A stretch of 60,114 nt of DNA, the filler included, from Piptocephalis cylindrospora (taxonomy: Eukaryota), in NCBI GenBank assembly GCA_003614145.1. It is 8 parts of 8 records of this genome, joined end to end, with 100 filler letters (N's around TTAATTAATTAA, not from the genome) between each part and the next. Parts side by side here need not be neighbours in the genome. Positions count along the whole stretch, not along the records: positions 22,683 to 30,118 come from KZ988205.1; positions 30,219 to 37,651 come from KZ988206.1; 6 more parts are not named here. One strand, written 5' to 3'. Positions 23,948 through 36,157 of this stretch are shown here, in pieces. The translations under genes and the position numbers were made by a program. Position 1 is the stretch's first letter, and each line of letters opens with the position of its first letter. The notes beneath the pieces are model-generated. The model was not told where the DNA came from and searched no databases. It worked only from the letters and a program-made list of their open reading frames with translations.

Positions 23948-25979
23948 ATGTCCGGATCAAGCCCTCCCGCATTGACTTCTCCCAAGCAAGGAAAAGCTGC
24001 TCCACCGGCCCTGAGTATGGACCATGATGTTGCCAAGGTATTATGGACATGCTATTCAGCTCTCTCCATCCCTTTGTAGACGAATGCGCTTTACTCACTC
24101 ACCCATCCTTCCCCTTCCGTAGGTCACCACCATCCTGGAGAATGTGAAAGCCTCGGCTGAAACATTGAACTCTTCTCTTAAATCCCAGCTTTCCATGGTA
24201 AATCATCTTTGAAACTCTTGTCATGACATGAATAGCGTGTCTATAAGACTACGAGCATAATGTGATCTAACCTTAAATAACGGCCTTAAAATCCTCCCCC
24301 GCCTACATACTAGGCACGACAAGCAAAGGCCAAGATGGAGAAGGAAGAAGAAGGAGAGGAGGAACGGGAGGGACCCATCGGAGAGGCCGACCCATCCACC
24401 CCTTCCGATCCTTCCTTGAGCTCTAAGAAGCAAGAAGGTACGGGGAAGATCCTATCCATCCCAAAGATCGCTTCCCCACCCTCTTCTAGGTCCAAGGGGG
24501 GAAGTCATTCTCTGGAGGCCGAGATCAAGAGAATCAAACTTGATCTCGAGATGGAGAGGGGACAAGTCAATATTTTAAGACATGAGAACCAGCTCTTACG
24601 GCAACAGACTGTGGATATGGTAGGTCAACCCCTCCTGCCCCTCTCAACATATATCTCTCTCATGCCCTCTTCTCACTACCTCTTCTCTCTCCCAGCAATT
24701 GTCGGCGGAACAAGAGGAAGAGGCCATCAGTAACCGGCTACTTCGTCATATTGCCGAGCTGAAAAGGGAGAAAAATGACCTTTTAACCCAGGTGGAGCAA
24801 GAAGAGGAGTATATGACGAATACCCTACAAAGGAAATTGTCCAAGGTATCCCATGGTATAGGGTCGATGGATGCTTCCTTCATGTTTAACTCACTCCTCC
24901 TCGGTGCTTCCCTTTCTCATAGCTTCAGCAGGAAAAGGTGGACATTGAGAATGCCCTGGAGCAGGAGCAAGAGGCCATTGTTAATAGACTGCAAAAGCAG
25001 CTGGATGCCCTAAGGTGTCAACAATCTCAGGCCCCTTCTCCCTCTCTTTCCGTCAGATCAGGAAGCTTTGTTCAGGACTCTGGGCCCCTTTCCGGCCAGC
25101 CCACTAGTCCCGGTCTTCCCTCCCCCATTGTCGGATCCCCGAGTATGAAATGGCGTGCTGGTCATTCCGCTAGTGGTAGTGATCATGCCTCGACCCAGAT
25201 GGTGTCTGAGGTTCTCAAGGCCGAAATCAACGCTGGTCGAATTCGTCAGTCCGACCTTGAAAAGGAGGGTGAGTTATATGGTAGAAGGATGGCTTATTCG
25301 TTAGGCCATGTCAGGTAAACTCATTCATCCTTTCTCTTCCTCTCTCCCCTCCCCTCTCCTCTCCTCTCCTCTCCTCCCTCCCTCTCCTTCTCTCTCTCCA
25401 CTTCTTTCATTGCCCCTTCAGTCATTGCCCAGCATAATCAACTGAGCTCCTATCGTAAGGAACTGATTGATTTGCGCAAACGTTTATCCATCCCTGTGGA
25501 TGATCTTGTCGATGAAGATGTGTAAGTGGGAGAAGACTGGGAAACCGTACTCAACAGATGATGGGGACGGTGTGTGGAAAAAAGATGATCATCTCACTCC
25601 TCTATCTAGGCCCGTGACCATAAGAGCCCTGGTATCCCCAAGATCCCGTACAAACTCCAACTCTAATATCCGTCCCGTCGACATTCCCAGGAACCATCGG
25701 GGTAGGAGCTCTTCCAGCCACCGATCCGTGGGGGCCCAAGCTCCCGAGAGTATCGTCTCTGGAAGTTCCACTGGAAATGGAAATGGCACCTTTGTCGATG
25801 GTCATCACACCCCTTACAGCAGTTCCCCTGGTTCCGTCAAATCCTTTGGTAGGGAGCATGGATATTTTGCTTTGGGTGTGAATCAGCCGGATCCCTTACG
25901 TACCACATGCACAACTGACTTCTCTTCTTCCCCCCATCCATTAGTCCTCAATCGATTCCCCCAGGGTAATGGCCATTAA
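23948..25979 (+). CDS. CCDC6-like coiled-coil protein (DUF2046)
   Basis: Multi-exon. Repeated AEQEEEAISNRLL, VEQEEEYMTNTLQRKL and LEQEQEAIVNRLQKQL motifs, characteristic of CCDC6/H4. Confidence 0.82.
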
Positions 25980-26438
25980 GTCCCCCTCGCATCCCAGTGT
26001 AGGTTGTCAGGGCCTTTCTTATTTTTCTTTCTTGTCATGGATCACTCCAGGGGGGATCTGATAAATGACGGATCCCACTACGCTCATTCCATTGAACCAG
26101 AGTCGCGGTCAGGCCAGTGACAGGGATGAGGAGAACGCATGGTCGTAATGGATGACAGAGAGGTTATCCCAGGGCGGGTGGAGCGGATATGAATTCCGGG
26201 GGCGGGGAGTGTCTCTTGTTCTTCTGTTTGCTCAATACATGAAGTGGTTATGCTATTGGACTGTATCATGCCTTGACGATGATGCCTCGTCCAGGCTTGC
26301 AAGGCCAACGGCTACATATTCAATGAATTGTAAACGCACACAATACCCTTGCTCAAATCAGGCATAAAAACGAATGATGAAAGGGACGTGAAGAAACATT
26401 CAAGCTCGAGGCCCAAGGTACTATCCGTGCCGCTGGCA

Positions 26439-26536
26439 TGACTCAATGTGACTCAGATAGTGCGCATATCCAATAGCTCACGGCTGGAGAAATTGGCGTT
26501 GCCCAGTCTCTAAATGTACATTTAACGACGCGTCGT
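26439..26536 (+). promoter_or_regulatory. Candidate SMC6 promoter elements: two TGACTCA sites and an MCB-containing palindrome
   Basis: TGACTCA at 26439-26445 and 26449-26455. Perfect palindrome ACGACGCGTCGT at 26525-26536 containing ACGCGT, about 150 nt upstream of the ATG. Confidence 0.45.
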
Positions 26537-26681
26537 GTGCGCCTCCTGTCGAAGCCCTCGCCTCCGCCTAACGCCCCCTTCTTTTGCCTTCATCCCCTTC
26601 GTTTTGTTTACCTCTGCTTGTTATTCCTTCCTCTTCCCTCTTCTTTTCACTTCGCCCCTACCTTTGTTGGGCATTTCAGGG

Positions 26682-29600
26682 ATGAAAAAAGAACCCGACA
26701 CCCCCTCCGACCCAGATACCCAGGAGGGGAGAGAGAGTCGGCGACGACGGCGCCCCTCCTCACAGGACCGAGCGGGACCTGAGGACCCGGAGATCGTCCC
26801 ATTGTCCAGTCCTCCCCAAAGTAGCCTTTCTCTTTCCCCTCCGTCCTCTGTGTCGGTTCAGGTAATGGCTTTCGCTGACTTTTTTCCTCTTCTCACACCA
26901 AGATCACATCAACTTATCTAAACCCATCTAACTCCCTTCCATCGACAGGCAACCCAGGAAGGCCCAGCAGTGAAGCGTCCCAGGTATCAAGAGATCACCT
27001 CTAGCCCTCAAGCCCCTGACCCCCCAGAATTCCCTGGGGAGTCCGGGTACATTGAGCGTGTAGAGCTTGCCAATTTCATGTGCCATCGTCGTCTTACCAT
27101 CCCACTGGGTCCAAGTCTAAATTTTATTGTTGGCCACAATGGCAGTATGTCACTCTCTGCTTTATGGCTTGATGGGAGAGAGGATTAAAGAAACCGTGGT
27201 TAAGCTTACCTTAATTTCCCACCCTTACCACCATAGGTGGTAAAAGCGCCATCCTCACGGGTATTACCGTGTGTCTGGGAGGGAAGGCCACGGTTACTCA
27301 ACGTGCCTCCAACCTCCGTTCCCTCATCCGCGAGGGCGAAACATCAGGTAGTGTCACCGTCTGGCTGAGCAATCGAGGAGCTGATGCCTATGAACCCGAT
27401 AAGTACGGTGAAGTCATCCGGGTGGAGCGGAAGCTCAATCGGGATGGAAGTTCTGCCTACCGCATTCGTGGTTCCCGGAGTGACAAGGTCATCTCTGATC
27501 GTCGCATTGACCTTACTCGTATCCTGGATCACTTGAACATCCAGGTCGACAACCCCCTCAGCATCCTTAGTCAGGATGCCTCCAGAGCCTTCCTTCAATC
27601 TAGCTCCCCAGAGGACAAGTATCGCTTCTTCCTACGTGGCACGCAACTCGGTCAGCTAGAGAGTGAGTATGCTCACATTGCGGAAAGGGCCATCACTGCT
27701 GGCGCCGCTTTGGAACGAAAACGTGAGGTTCTTCCTGCCCTCCAGTCGCAGGTACGTGAGGCTGAACTTCGGTTACGAGACATGGAACAGGCCCGGGAGC
27801 TTGTTGGCCGGATGGACGCGCTCAAGAAGGAGTTAGCCTGGTCTCATGTCGCTGTCACGGAAGAGCAAGCTAAGTTGGCTGTCAAGGAGGTAACAGAGGC
27901 CGGGAAAAAGGTTCCTCTTTACGAGAGGAAGCTACAGGAGCAGAATGTATGTACTGGGAGGGGAAGAAAATGGGGCATATGAACAAGACAGCAGCGTATC
28001 TTGTGCTCTGGTCATCTTTTAACCCAACTCATCATTATCCTCCTCGCTCATCTCATAGGCATCGATTATAGAGGCTAAGCAGGAGCTGGATAATATGGAA
28101 CAGGAAATGGAGACTATGCGGGCCGAGGATGAGCCTTCGGACCAAAGACTAGAAGCGATGGATAGGACCTTTGATGAGAGGAAGGCCATGCTTGAGAAGC
28201 TCAAGCAGCATGAACGGGAGATGAATCATCGTATCAGAACCCTACGTCGGGACGATGAAGCGGTCAAGGACAGGCTCAAGGAAACTCGTGAACGATTGGA
28301 TAACGAGGGTCTGGAGGCCAAGCGCGAGGTCGACCGTCTGACTCAGGAGGTGAAGGAGGCCGACCACCGGCTCCGCCAGATCCTGGAACTTAAGGCGACC
28401 GAAGCCCAAAGACGAGTGGAGCGAATCAAGGAGGAAGTCCGGGGGAGGGAGGGGCGGGCTCAAGGTCATAGACAACGACAGCAACAGCTCCTGGCTGACG
28501 CTGAGTTAAATCGCAGAATTATGGCTGACTTGGAAGCCCAAACTAAGAATACCCTTCTAGCTTATGGCCCTGGGATGCCCGGACTCATGCAGGCCATCCA
28601 ACGAGAAACCCGATGGCATCGGCCACCTATTGGGCCCTTTGGCCTACATATGCGCGTCCGAGAGAGCAAATGGATGGAAGTCTTGGAATCCTTGGTAGGT
28701 CAGGCCACTGGGGATTTTCTCGTGGAGGATCATCATGATCAAGCTCTCCTGATCTCCCTGATCCGGCAACAAGGAGGGGTTAACCGGTCCAAAGTTATTG
28801 TCTCCGGGAGAGATTTATTTGATTACTCCCAAGGAGAGCCTGATCGTCGGTTTCTCACCACCCTCCGAGCCCTAGAGTTTACGGATGAGCACGTCAAACG
28901 CCAATTTATTAATGCATTTCGCATCGAAACATGCATCCTCATAGATTCCCGCCAGGAGGCCGATCGGGTCATGCGCAGCGGACCAGGCGGAAATCCCCCG
29001 AAAAACGTTCGTCGATGTGTTACTCTTCAGGGATATGAAGTAGGTGGAGGAGCCAAGGGTCGATCCACCATGGCTCTATCCCTCTATCACGGAGCTCCTA
29101 GGCTTAGAGAATCTCAGAAGGCTGGGGGAGAGCGCAGGATAGGGACGAGACGGGAGGAGACTCGAAGGGCCATTGATCTGGCCACCACGGAGGCCCGTGA
29201 AGCTGAGAATGCCGCGTATGAACAGGATTCCTTAGCCAAGGAAGCCAGGGCAGATCAGGTTCATCTTGAGCAGGACCAGGAACGAGCTGAGGAAGCGAGA
29301 GATGAGGGTCAACGCCAGCATCGGGAGCTTGAAAGCCGTTTAGAGGGGGCCAAAGAGGCCCTGAAAGAGGGAGCAAGGCAGACACTGGAGCAAAAGATAC
29401 AGGTCCTAGAGCAGGAGCAAGAAAAAGTGCGAAAGGAAATGAGCATGATCAAAGGTCAATTTTCCTCAGTAGCTGACCAGCGCGTTGACCTGGAGGATGG
29501 TATGGCTCGGCTGAACAAGGAGATCCATCAAATCCGGGAGGAGAGACGTGCCCGGGCCCAGCGATGGACGCAGATCCGTAACCAGATCAGCAAGTCTCTC

Positions 29601-30118
29601 AGTGAGATAGATAAAATGAATGAGGGGAAAATTCGGTATGAGACCCAGCTCGCCACAGAACGGGCCAGGGTGGGGAATGCCGAGGAAAAGGAAAGGGCTC
29701 TACGACTTGAACAAACGGTATGTTCTCCTATTTATTACTGCCCTTTGGGCTCTAGAGCGGGATAGTTGGATCAAAGAAAGAAAAGACCTAATTTATTCTC
29801 GATCTCTCATAGCGCGCTACGGAACTAGCAAATGAGTTCTGCGCTCGCGTCCCTGTCAACAAGGATCCTGAAACGTTGGATAGGGAGGTCCAGGCCCTAG
29901 AACGACGGTTGGAGGAGGCAGAGGAAGGCTTCGGGTGTACTCTCGCAGAGGCCCGGGCCAAATTACGAGACCGGGCCCAGGTGTATGAGGCGGCAAGAGA
30001 GGAGGTGGCTGGGCTAGGGGAGGATCTTCGTCTGCTGAAACGCTCTATGGCCTCCCGTCGTATCCGGCTAGAACGGTTCAAAGAGTTTATCTCCCGTCGA
30101 GCTCAGCTCAACTTTCAA
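26682..30118 (+). CDS. SMC6: Structural maintenance of chromosomes protein 6; 3' end truncated at contig end
   Basis: SGYIERVELANFMCH, NFIVGHNGS|GKSAIL Walker A across an intron, LGGKATVTQRASNL, NIQVDNPLSILSQDASRAFL, hinge PPIGPFGLH, long coiled coils. Confidence 0.94.
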
Positions 30119-30218
30119 NNNNNNNNNNNNNNNNNNNNNNNNNNNNNNNNNNNNNNNNNNNNTTAATTAATTAANNNNNNNNNNNNNNNNNNNNNNNNNN
30201 NNNNNNNNNNNNNNNNNN
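30119..30218. other. Artificial contig spacer
   Basis: N44-TTAATTAATTAA-N44. Confidence 0.98.
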
Positions 30219-31456
30219 GTTCGGCGCTCCGTGCGGTGTGGATTAATCCCAAACCCCCGGCCTTCCATACTGGCAAGCGCGTGGCCATTATCGGTTCCGG
30301 TCCCGCTGGTCTTGCTGCCGCTGATCAGCTCAACAAGGCTGGGCACTGGGTCCGCGTCTTTGAGCGCGAGGACCGTGTGGGTGGCCTCCTCATGTACGGG
30401 ATTCCCGGAATGAAGTTGGACAAGGGTGTCGTGGATAGGCGTGTGTCCCTGATGCGCGCCGAGGGTGTAGACTTTGTTACAGGAGCCCACATCGGGCCTC
30501 AGATCCCAGTGGAGGAGGTGAGGAAGGGCTCGGACGCTATTATCCTCGCCACCGGGTCCACCTGGCCTCGTGATCTAAAGATCCCCAACCGAAACCTCGA
30601 TGGCATTCACTTTGCCATGGAGTATCTGACTAAGAACACCAAGTCCATCCTTGAGGACGATTCGGTTACCCCAGCTAACCAATCCCCCGAGGAGGAGGGC
30701 CTCATCAGTGCTCATGGCAAGAATGTCATTGTCATTGGTGGTGGTGATACCGGTAACGATTGTATTGGTACGGCCGTTCGTCAAGGCGCCGCTTCCATCA
30801 CCAACTTTGAGCTTCTCCCCGAGCCCCCAGCAAACCGAGGTGACGGGAACCCCTGGCCCCAGTTCCCTAAGGTATTCCGTGTTGATTATGGTCATGCTGA
30901 GGTCCAGACCCACTATGGTAATGACCCCAGGGAGTACAGTATCCTCTCCAAGGAGTTTGTTTCTGATGGGTCGACTGGCCGTGTCAAGGGTGTCAATACG
31001 GTGCGCGTCGGTTGGGAGAAGGACGAGAAGGGCGCATGGAAGATGCAAGAGGTGGAGGGATCTGAGAAATTTTACCCCGCTGACCTGGTCCTCCTCTCCA
31101 TGGGCTTCTTGGGCCCGGAAAAGGAGCTATTAGAACAGATGAAGGTAGAGCAGGATGCTCGGTCTAACATCAAGACCGTCGAACATCCCGGCCACCACCA
31201 TCATCGCGGCAAGTACGAGACTAATGTGTCTGGTGTCTTCGCTGCCGGTGATTGCCGCCGTGGTCAGTCCCTCGTCGTATGGGGTATCAATGAGGGTCGC
31301 CAGGCGGCTCGCGCTGTCGATGCTCATCTCAGGCATGGTCGTGCCTCGGACCTCCCCGTCTCTGGCGGGCTCCTGGTCCGGGATGGTCCTGTGACTTCGG
31401 ATGATCCTGAGGCTCGTCCAGGTGCCACCACTGTCGTGGCCCCTGTCAGGTCCTAA
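30219..31456 (+). CDS. GLT1: NADH-dependent glutamate synthase, C-terminal GltD-like region; 5' truncated
   Basis: [71 protein letters not shown]. Confidence 0.96.
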
Positions 31457-32373
31457 ACTAGACTTGATACACGAGAGAATGTGTGTGCGTACAAGAAAGA
31501 AGAAAATGAATAAGCTTATCAGTAGATCATTGCTTTGGCTGTTTTTAGGAAGGGGATATATAGTACTGAGGGGGAGAAAGGTGATATATCACTCTTATGG
31601 GACATCTCCGTTAGTGAATGTTTGTGCCCCTTCCCCCAACTATGGTGGTCACAACCAATGCTGGCATATCTCCTTCCCTTTTTGTCGCAGAAGCCTACTT
31701 ATCGCCTTATCTTTCCTCATACCCGCCGTCTCTTCTGGTCGTGGTAAGGAAAGGGGGAGGGGGCTTACTCTGATGTTTATATCACTCCTTCCTCCCCCAG
31801 CCCCTCCCAAAAATCATCGGTAGAAAACGTTGAATTATTACCCCGAAATCCAGTTGCTTAAATCAGTCTAACAGCCTACTGAATTGGGAGACCAAACATA
31901 AAAAAAAAGAAACTGTGAGCCAATCCCATACCTCAGAAAGACCCCAATAGAACACACCTCTTGAACAATGACCCAACTTCACCTACATTCTTGGCCAATC
32001 AGCCTCTGCCCCCCCCCCAAGCCGAGCAGAAATATACGCCAGTGTGCCCCCTTGCCTTCTATACTTTATACAGAGCAGAGGCCGAGTGGCCCCCTTGGCC
32101 TGTATCGCCCTCATTTCCACAACGAGATCTAACAAGGCCTGGTCAGCCTACACTAGGGGCAAATGAAGGCATTACATCCCCTGCCCTTCTTTCGCCTCTC
32201 CTCATCATTCCTACACGACGAAGCACGTAGCCGACTTGTGAATTGTCCCTTGCTTTTTCTCTTCTTTCTTCTCCTCCCCGCCTCTCCTCCTAAATCTTTT
32301 TTATTTCTTTCCTTGACCACACTTCTCTTGTCTTTCTTCCCAGTGTGTTCTCATTATCCCCTTTTGGTGAACC

Positions 32374-35208
32374 ATGTCCAATCCTTCGGAGATGCCTGGG
32401 TCAACCTCGAGTTCCGCAACGCGGAAACGCGCATCTTCCAAGTCAGTAGCAAGGGCCTCCAAACGCTCCACTCCTTCCTCCTCCTCTCCCTCAGGAGAAG
32501 ATGTCTCCGCCACGCCCACTATGAGCGACGTCTCGGGGTCTGACGATCCTACCACCGTACAATCCCTCGATCTGACTGAATTCTCCCCCCGAGACCTTCC
32601 AAGCACCTCCATCACAGACCTTGCTCCAGTAAAGGCCGGAGCCTTGCTCCCAATCAACGCTATCCCCAAAGAGGATATTACAGCACAGGCTCTAATGAAT
32701 AAGGGAAACATTCAGCCTTTCCTCGCCAAACTTTACTGCATGGTCAATGATCCAGAGACTGATCGTCTTATTGCTTGGGCTCCCAATGGCGCCTCCTTCT
32801 ATGGTAAGGGAATTTCACTATCGTCTTTTCCCTTTCTCCTCCCCTTATTCCATACTCAAATCTCATATCTTTCCTCCATACATGAATAGTCTTTCGGTCG
32901 GATGAGCTAGCCCGTACCGTCCTGCCCAAGTTCTTCAAGCATGGAAACTTTTCCTCCTTTGTGCGCCAACTCAACCTCTATGGCTTTCACAAGGTTCCTC
33001 AGCTCACCCAGGCCACCTTAGCGACCTCTTCCCGGGCAGAGTGTTGGCAATTCGCCAATCCCATCTTCTGTCGGGGCCAGCCTGATCTCCTAGTCCTGGG
33101 GGAGAGGAGGAAGAATACCCAATCTACACCCATTTCCCAAACGGATGGGACGGTCGAGTCCGGGTATGGAGATGGGTCTGGGGATGGGAAGAAGAGACGG
33201 AGGGTGGGGTCGGTGAGGACAGGCATTACCCGATCCTCTCCAGGTACGCCTGAGGGCTCTGTACCGGGTCAAGCCGGGAGCAGATCTCATGCCGAACTTA
33301 CTGACGTTCTACGAGAGTTGGTTTTGGTGAAAAAAGCATCAGGCCGAGCTAAGCCAGGAACTTCGACGTATCCAGGAAGGAAATACAGCATTATGGAAAG
33401 AAGCAGATCGTGCCAGGGATCGATCGGCGAGGCAGCAGGACATGCTGGATAAGATCCTCCGCTTTCTCGCCAGTGTCTTTGCTCCAGAGAAGCGACGACG
33501 TGGTGTTCGTGCCTGGGATGGCGCTGATGGCACCCAAGGATCAGTGGCGGATGGATCTTTCTTTTCAACTCATCATCCTTCCTCAGGAGATTCCATGAGC
33601 CCAGCCGATCTCGCTGGATCAGGCGGTATTGCCCGGGAATTATCTGCATCCCCCACCGCCTCCTCCCGCCGACACTCCATGCCACCCGACATTCAGGGGG
33701 AGCGGGAAACTGAGGATGAATCCATCCACGAAGTCTCTTCCAAAGGAAAGGGAAGAGAGCGAAGGGTGGATGGAGCCGAGGGTGACACGCCCCACTTTTC
33801 CTCTTCCACTGATCTGTCCATGCTGGGTCTGGACCCTATTCGTAACTTATCTCATCTCTTGAGACCAAGACAGGGTGCATTGATGTTGCCGGATGAGCAT
33901 GGCGTCTATGCCTCTCCTACTTTATCTTCTACTTTGTCCTCCTCCTCTGCCCCGCCTACCTCCTCCACATCTACTTCTTCCTCCTCACCTGCTACCCGAT
34001 CGAGAAATAAAAATGATGAAGCCGAGGTCGATCAAGGGAAAAATAGGACAGTTAGGGGGGGGATGGATGCTGCAACCCTGCCCACATCTGCCTTTCCGAC
34101 GGGCGGCCTGGACATGGATCTCTCATCCTTGCAACTCTCCCACCTGGATCCGGCGGTTTTGTCCTCCCTGGGCCTCGGGGATCTCTTTGCTCAATACCCG
34201 GACCTATCCCACGACTCATCAAGTACAAGTAGCAGAGGCGGTATGGAGAACGGGAGCCAGACATCCACTGGTGAGTTTCTCCCCATCTCAGGCTTTAAGA
34301 GCAGTAGGTTGCAGGAGCTTCCATCTGCAGGTAGGGATGGGGCAGGCTCACCTAATGAGCAGGGTGGTGAGGAGGGTGCAGTGGGCTGTGATGATATAAA
34401 AAACCGGTATAGGAGACTGAATGAGATGATTATGACTAACAACGCCTTCCTTCATCGATTAGATGTCCCGGCGACCGATAATCTGAGCGCCATGTTGATG
34501 GACCCTCTGTTAAACCCCACGAGTCTTCCTAACTCAACGACTCCAGCTCTCCATCCTTCGGGAACATCGGGGAATGGAAAGGCGAAAGGTGAAATGGGGC
34601 CCTCACAGTCCTATCCATCCGCCTTGCCTCATTCCCTTGCTCCATCGACCAACGCCTTTTCGGGAGCTAGTCCCACCTCTACTCCGACGATCTCCACCTC
34701 GTCCACCGCGACTCTCCCAGCTTACGCTGTCCCGCCTACCTCACTCATCCCTCCTACAAGTATCGACCCCGCCATCTCCATACCCACTTTGGCGGCCCCT
34801 CTCTTTCCTGACCAACTGGGCCTATCTAGCCTCGTTATGCCTCCTAACCAACCTGCCTCATCTCAGTCAGGGGAGATGACCAAGGGTGTTTCCCGGCAAA
34901 AAGTGCTTGAGGAGCAGAACAGGGCCTTGGAGGATCGGATTGAGCAGTGTCAGGACCGGGTTCGTGATATTGCTCGTGGCCTGAGCTTAGATGGCCTTCC
35001 TGGGGGCGGGGCTGCCAATGCCTTGGCCGCCGCCGCCACCGGGGCCAACGGCGGAGTCCCAGGAGTTTCTGGGGGAGGGGACACTCATGGACAGGAGGAA
35101 TGGAGAAGATGGGTGGATGAAGAAGAGTTGCAACGTCTTCTTGATGAAAGTACCTCCACGGATCTGTCGATGGGAACCGAGGAGCCGAGCCCCATGGCCA
35201 AGGAGTAG
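32374..35208 (+). CDS. HSF1: Heat shock transcription factor with an apparent +1 frameshift at 33330-33335
   Basis: DNA-binding domain PFLAKLYCMV...LPKFFKHGNFSSFVRQLNLYGFHK (intron 32804-32889). HR-A/B ...NTALWKEA...QQDMLDKILRFLASVF is reachable only after removing one A from an A6 run. Confidence 0.88.
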
Positions 35209-36157
35209 GAGAGCCTTTGGACAGACTGAGCTCTGTATTGAGGTGGGGAGGAAAGAGTATCCTTACGAAAGAATATTGTAATGAATCATACCGTCCGTTC
35301 TTTTCGTGATGGTATACTTGCTCTCCCTATCATAGCATTTTATCCTTATTTGTTGTAGCGAGTCAAATTATGGGTATACGAGATGGGAAAGGCGTTGCTT
35401 CATGTGAACCCAATCAGTCAAAAACATGTAAAGAATCACCACACTCTCTCTTGAAAATAGCTGTTCGTTCTCTATGGTAGATGCGTAAGGGCCTTTTGTT
35501 CGTTCTCACCATCATTGAGCTTTTGGAAGGATAATCTAGGGCAAGAAAAGTGCCAGGGGACGATTAGCAACAGACTCGACGATCTATAGGACTGTGACAT
35601 GGCCCAGAGTTGTATCGTTCATCCCATAGATTAGTGGAAAATTGGCCTAGTCCTATTTATTTCTTTCGTAGGTGATATGTCCATATAAGCTTGCTCTATC
35701 CTTGTCTATCTCTCACAGGAAAGCTTTTCCGATAGCATCTGATAATTTCAACACCCATCAACTGGATCAGGGGTGTCCTTCCAAAAATTTCCCCTTTAAC
35801 CACTCTTCTCCTTCACTCTCGATACAAAAGCCCTAAATTTTATAATTAAAGGATCATGTCTATTCCGTTGAGCCTATACTTCAATCGTCAAATCGTTTGC
35901 ACCACCACTCTTGCCTTTCCCTTCCCACCGTCCAACGGTTGCAGGACTCAACGATCAATCAAAAGAGGAAACAAAAAGATTAGAATAAATACTGAATATA
36001 ATAATAATGATATCAAGCCCAGACACACCAGCCAACCTTCTCTGATATTAAAAGAAGCTGAAGAAAAGCAAATACCGACATTAGATTGCCGAAGGGCAGA
36101 GCACAACATTCCATGAATCTCGACGGTATAGGCCCTCCCCAACAGGACGTCCCAGGC

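Noticed and set aside
30575..31133. Antisense and alternate-frame ORFs over GLT1 (similar ones lie over Lon, the quinone reductase and PDI)
   Set aside because: Expected stop-poor shadows of GC3-biased coding sequence, with no motifs.
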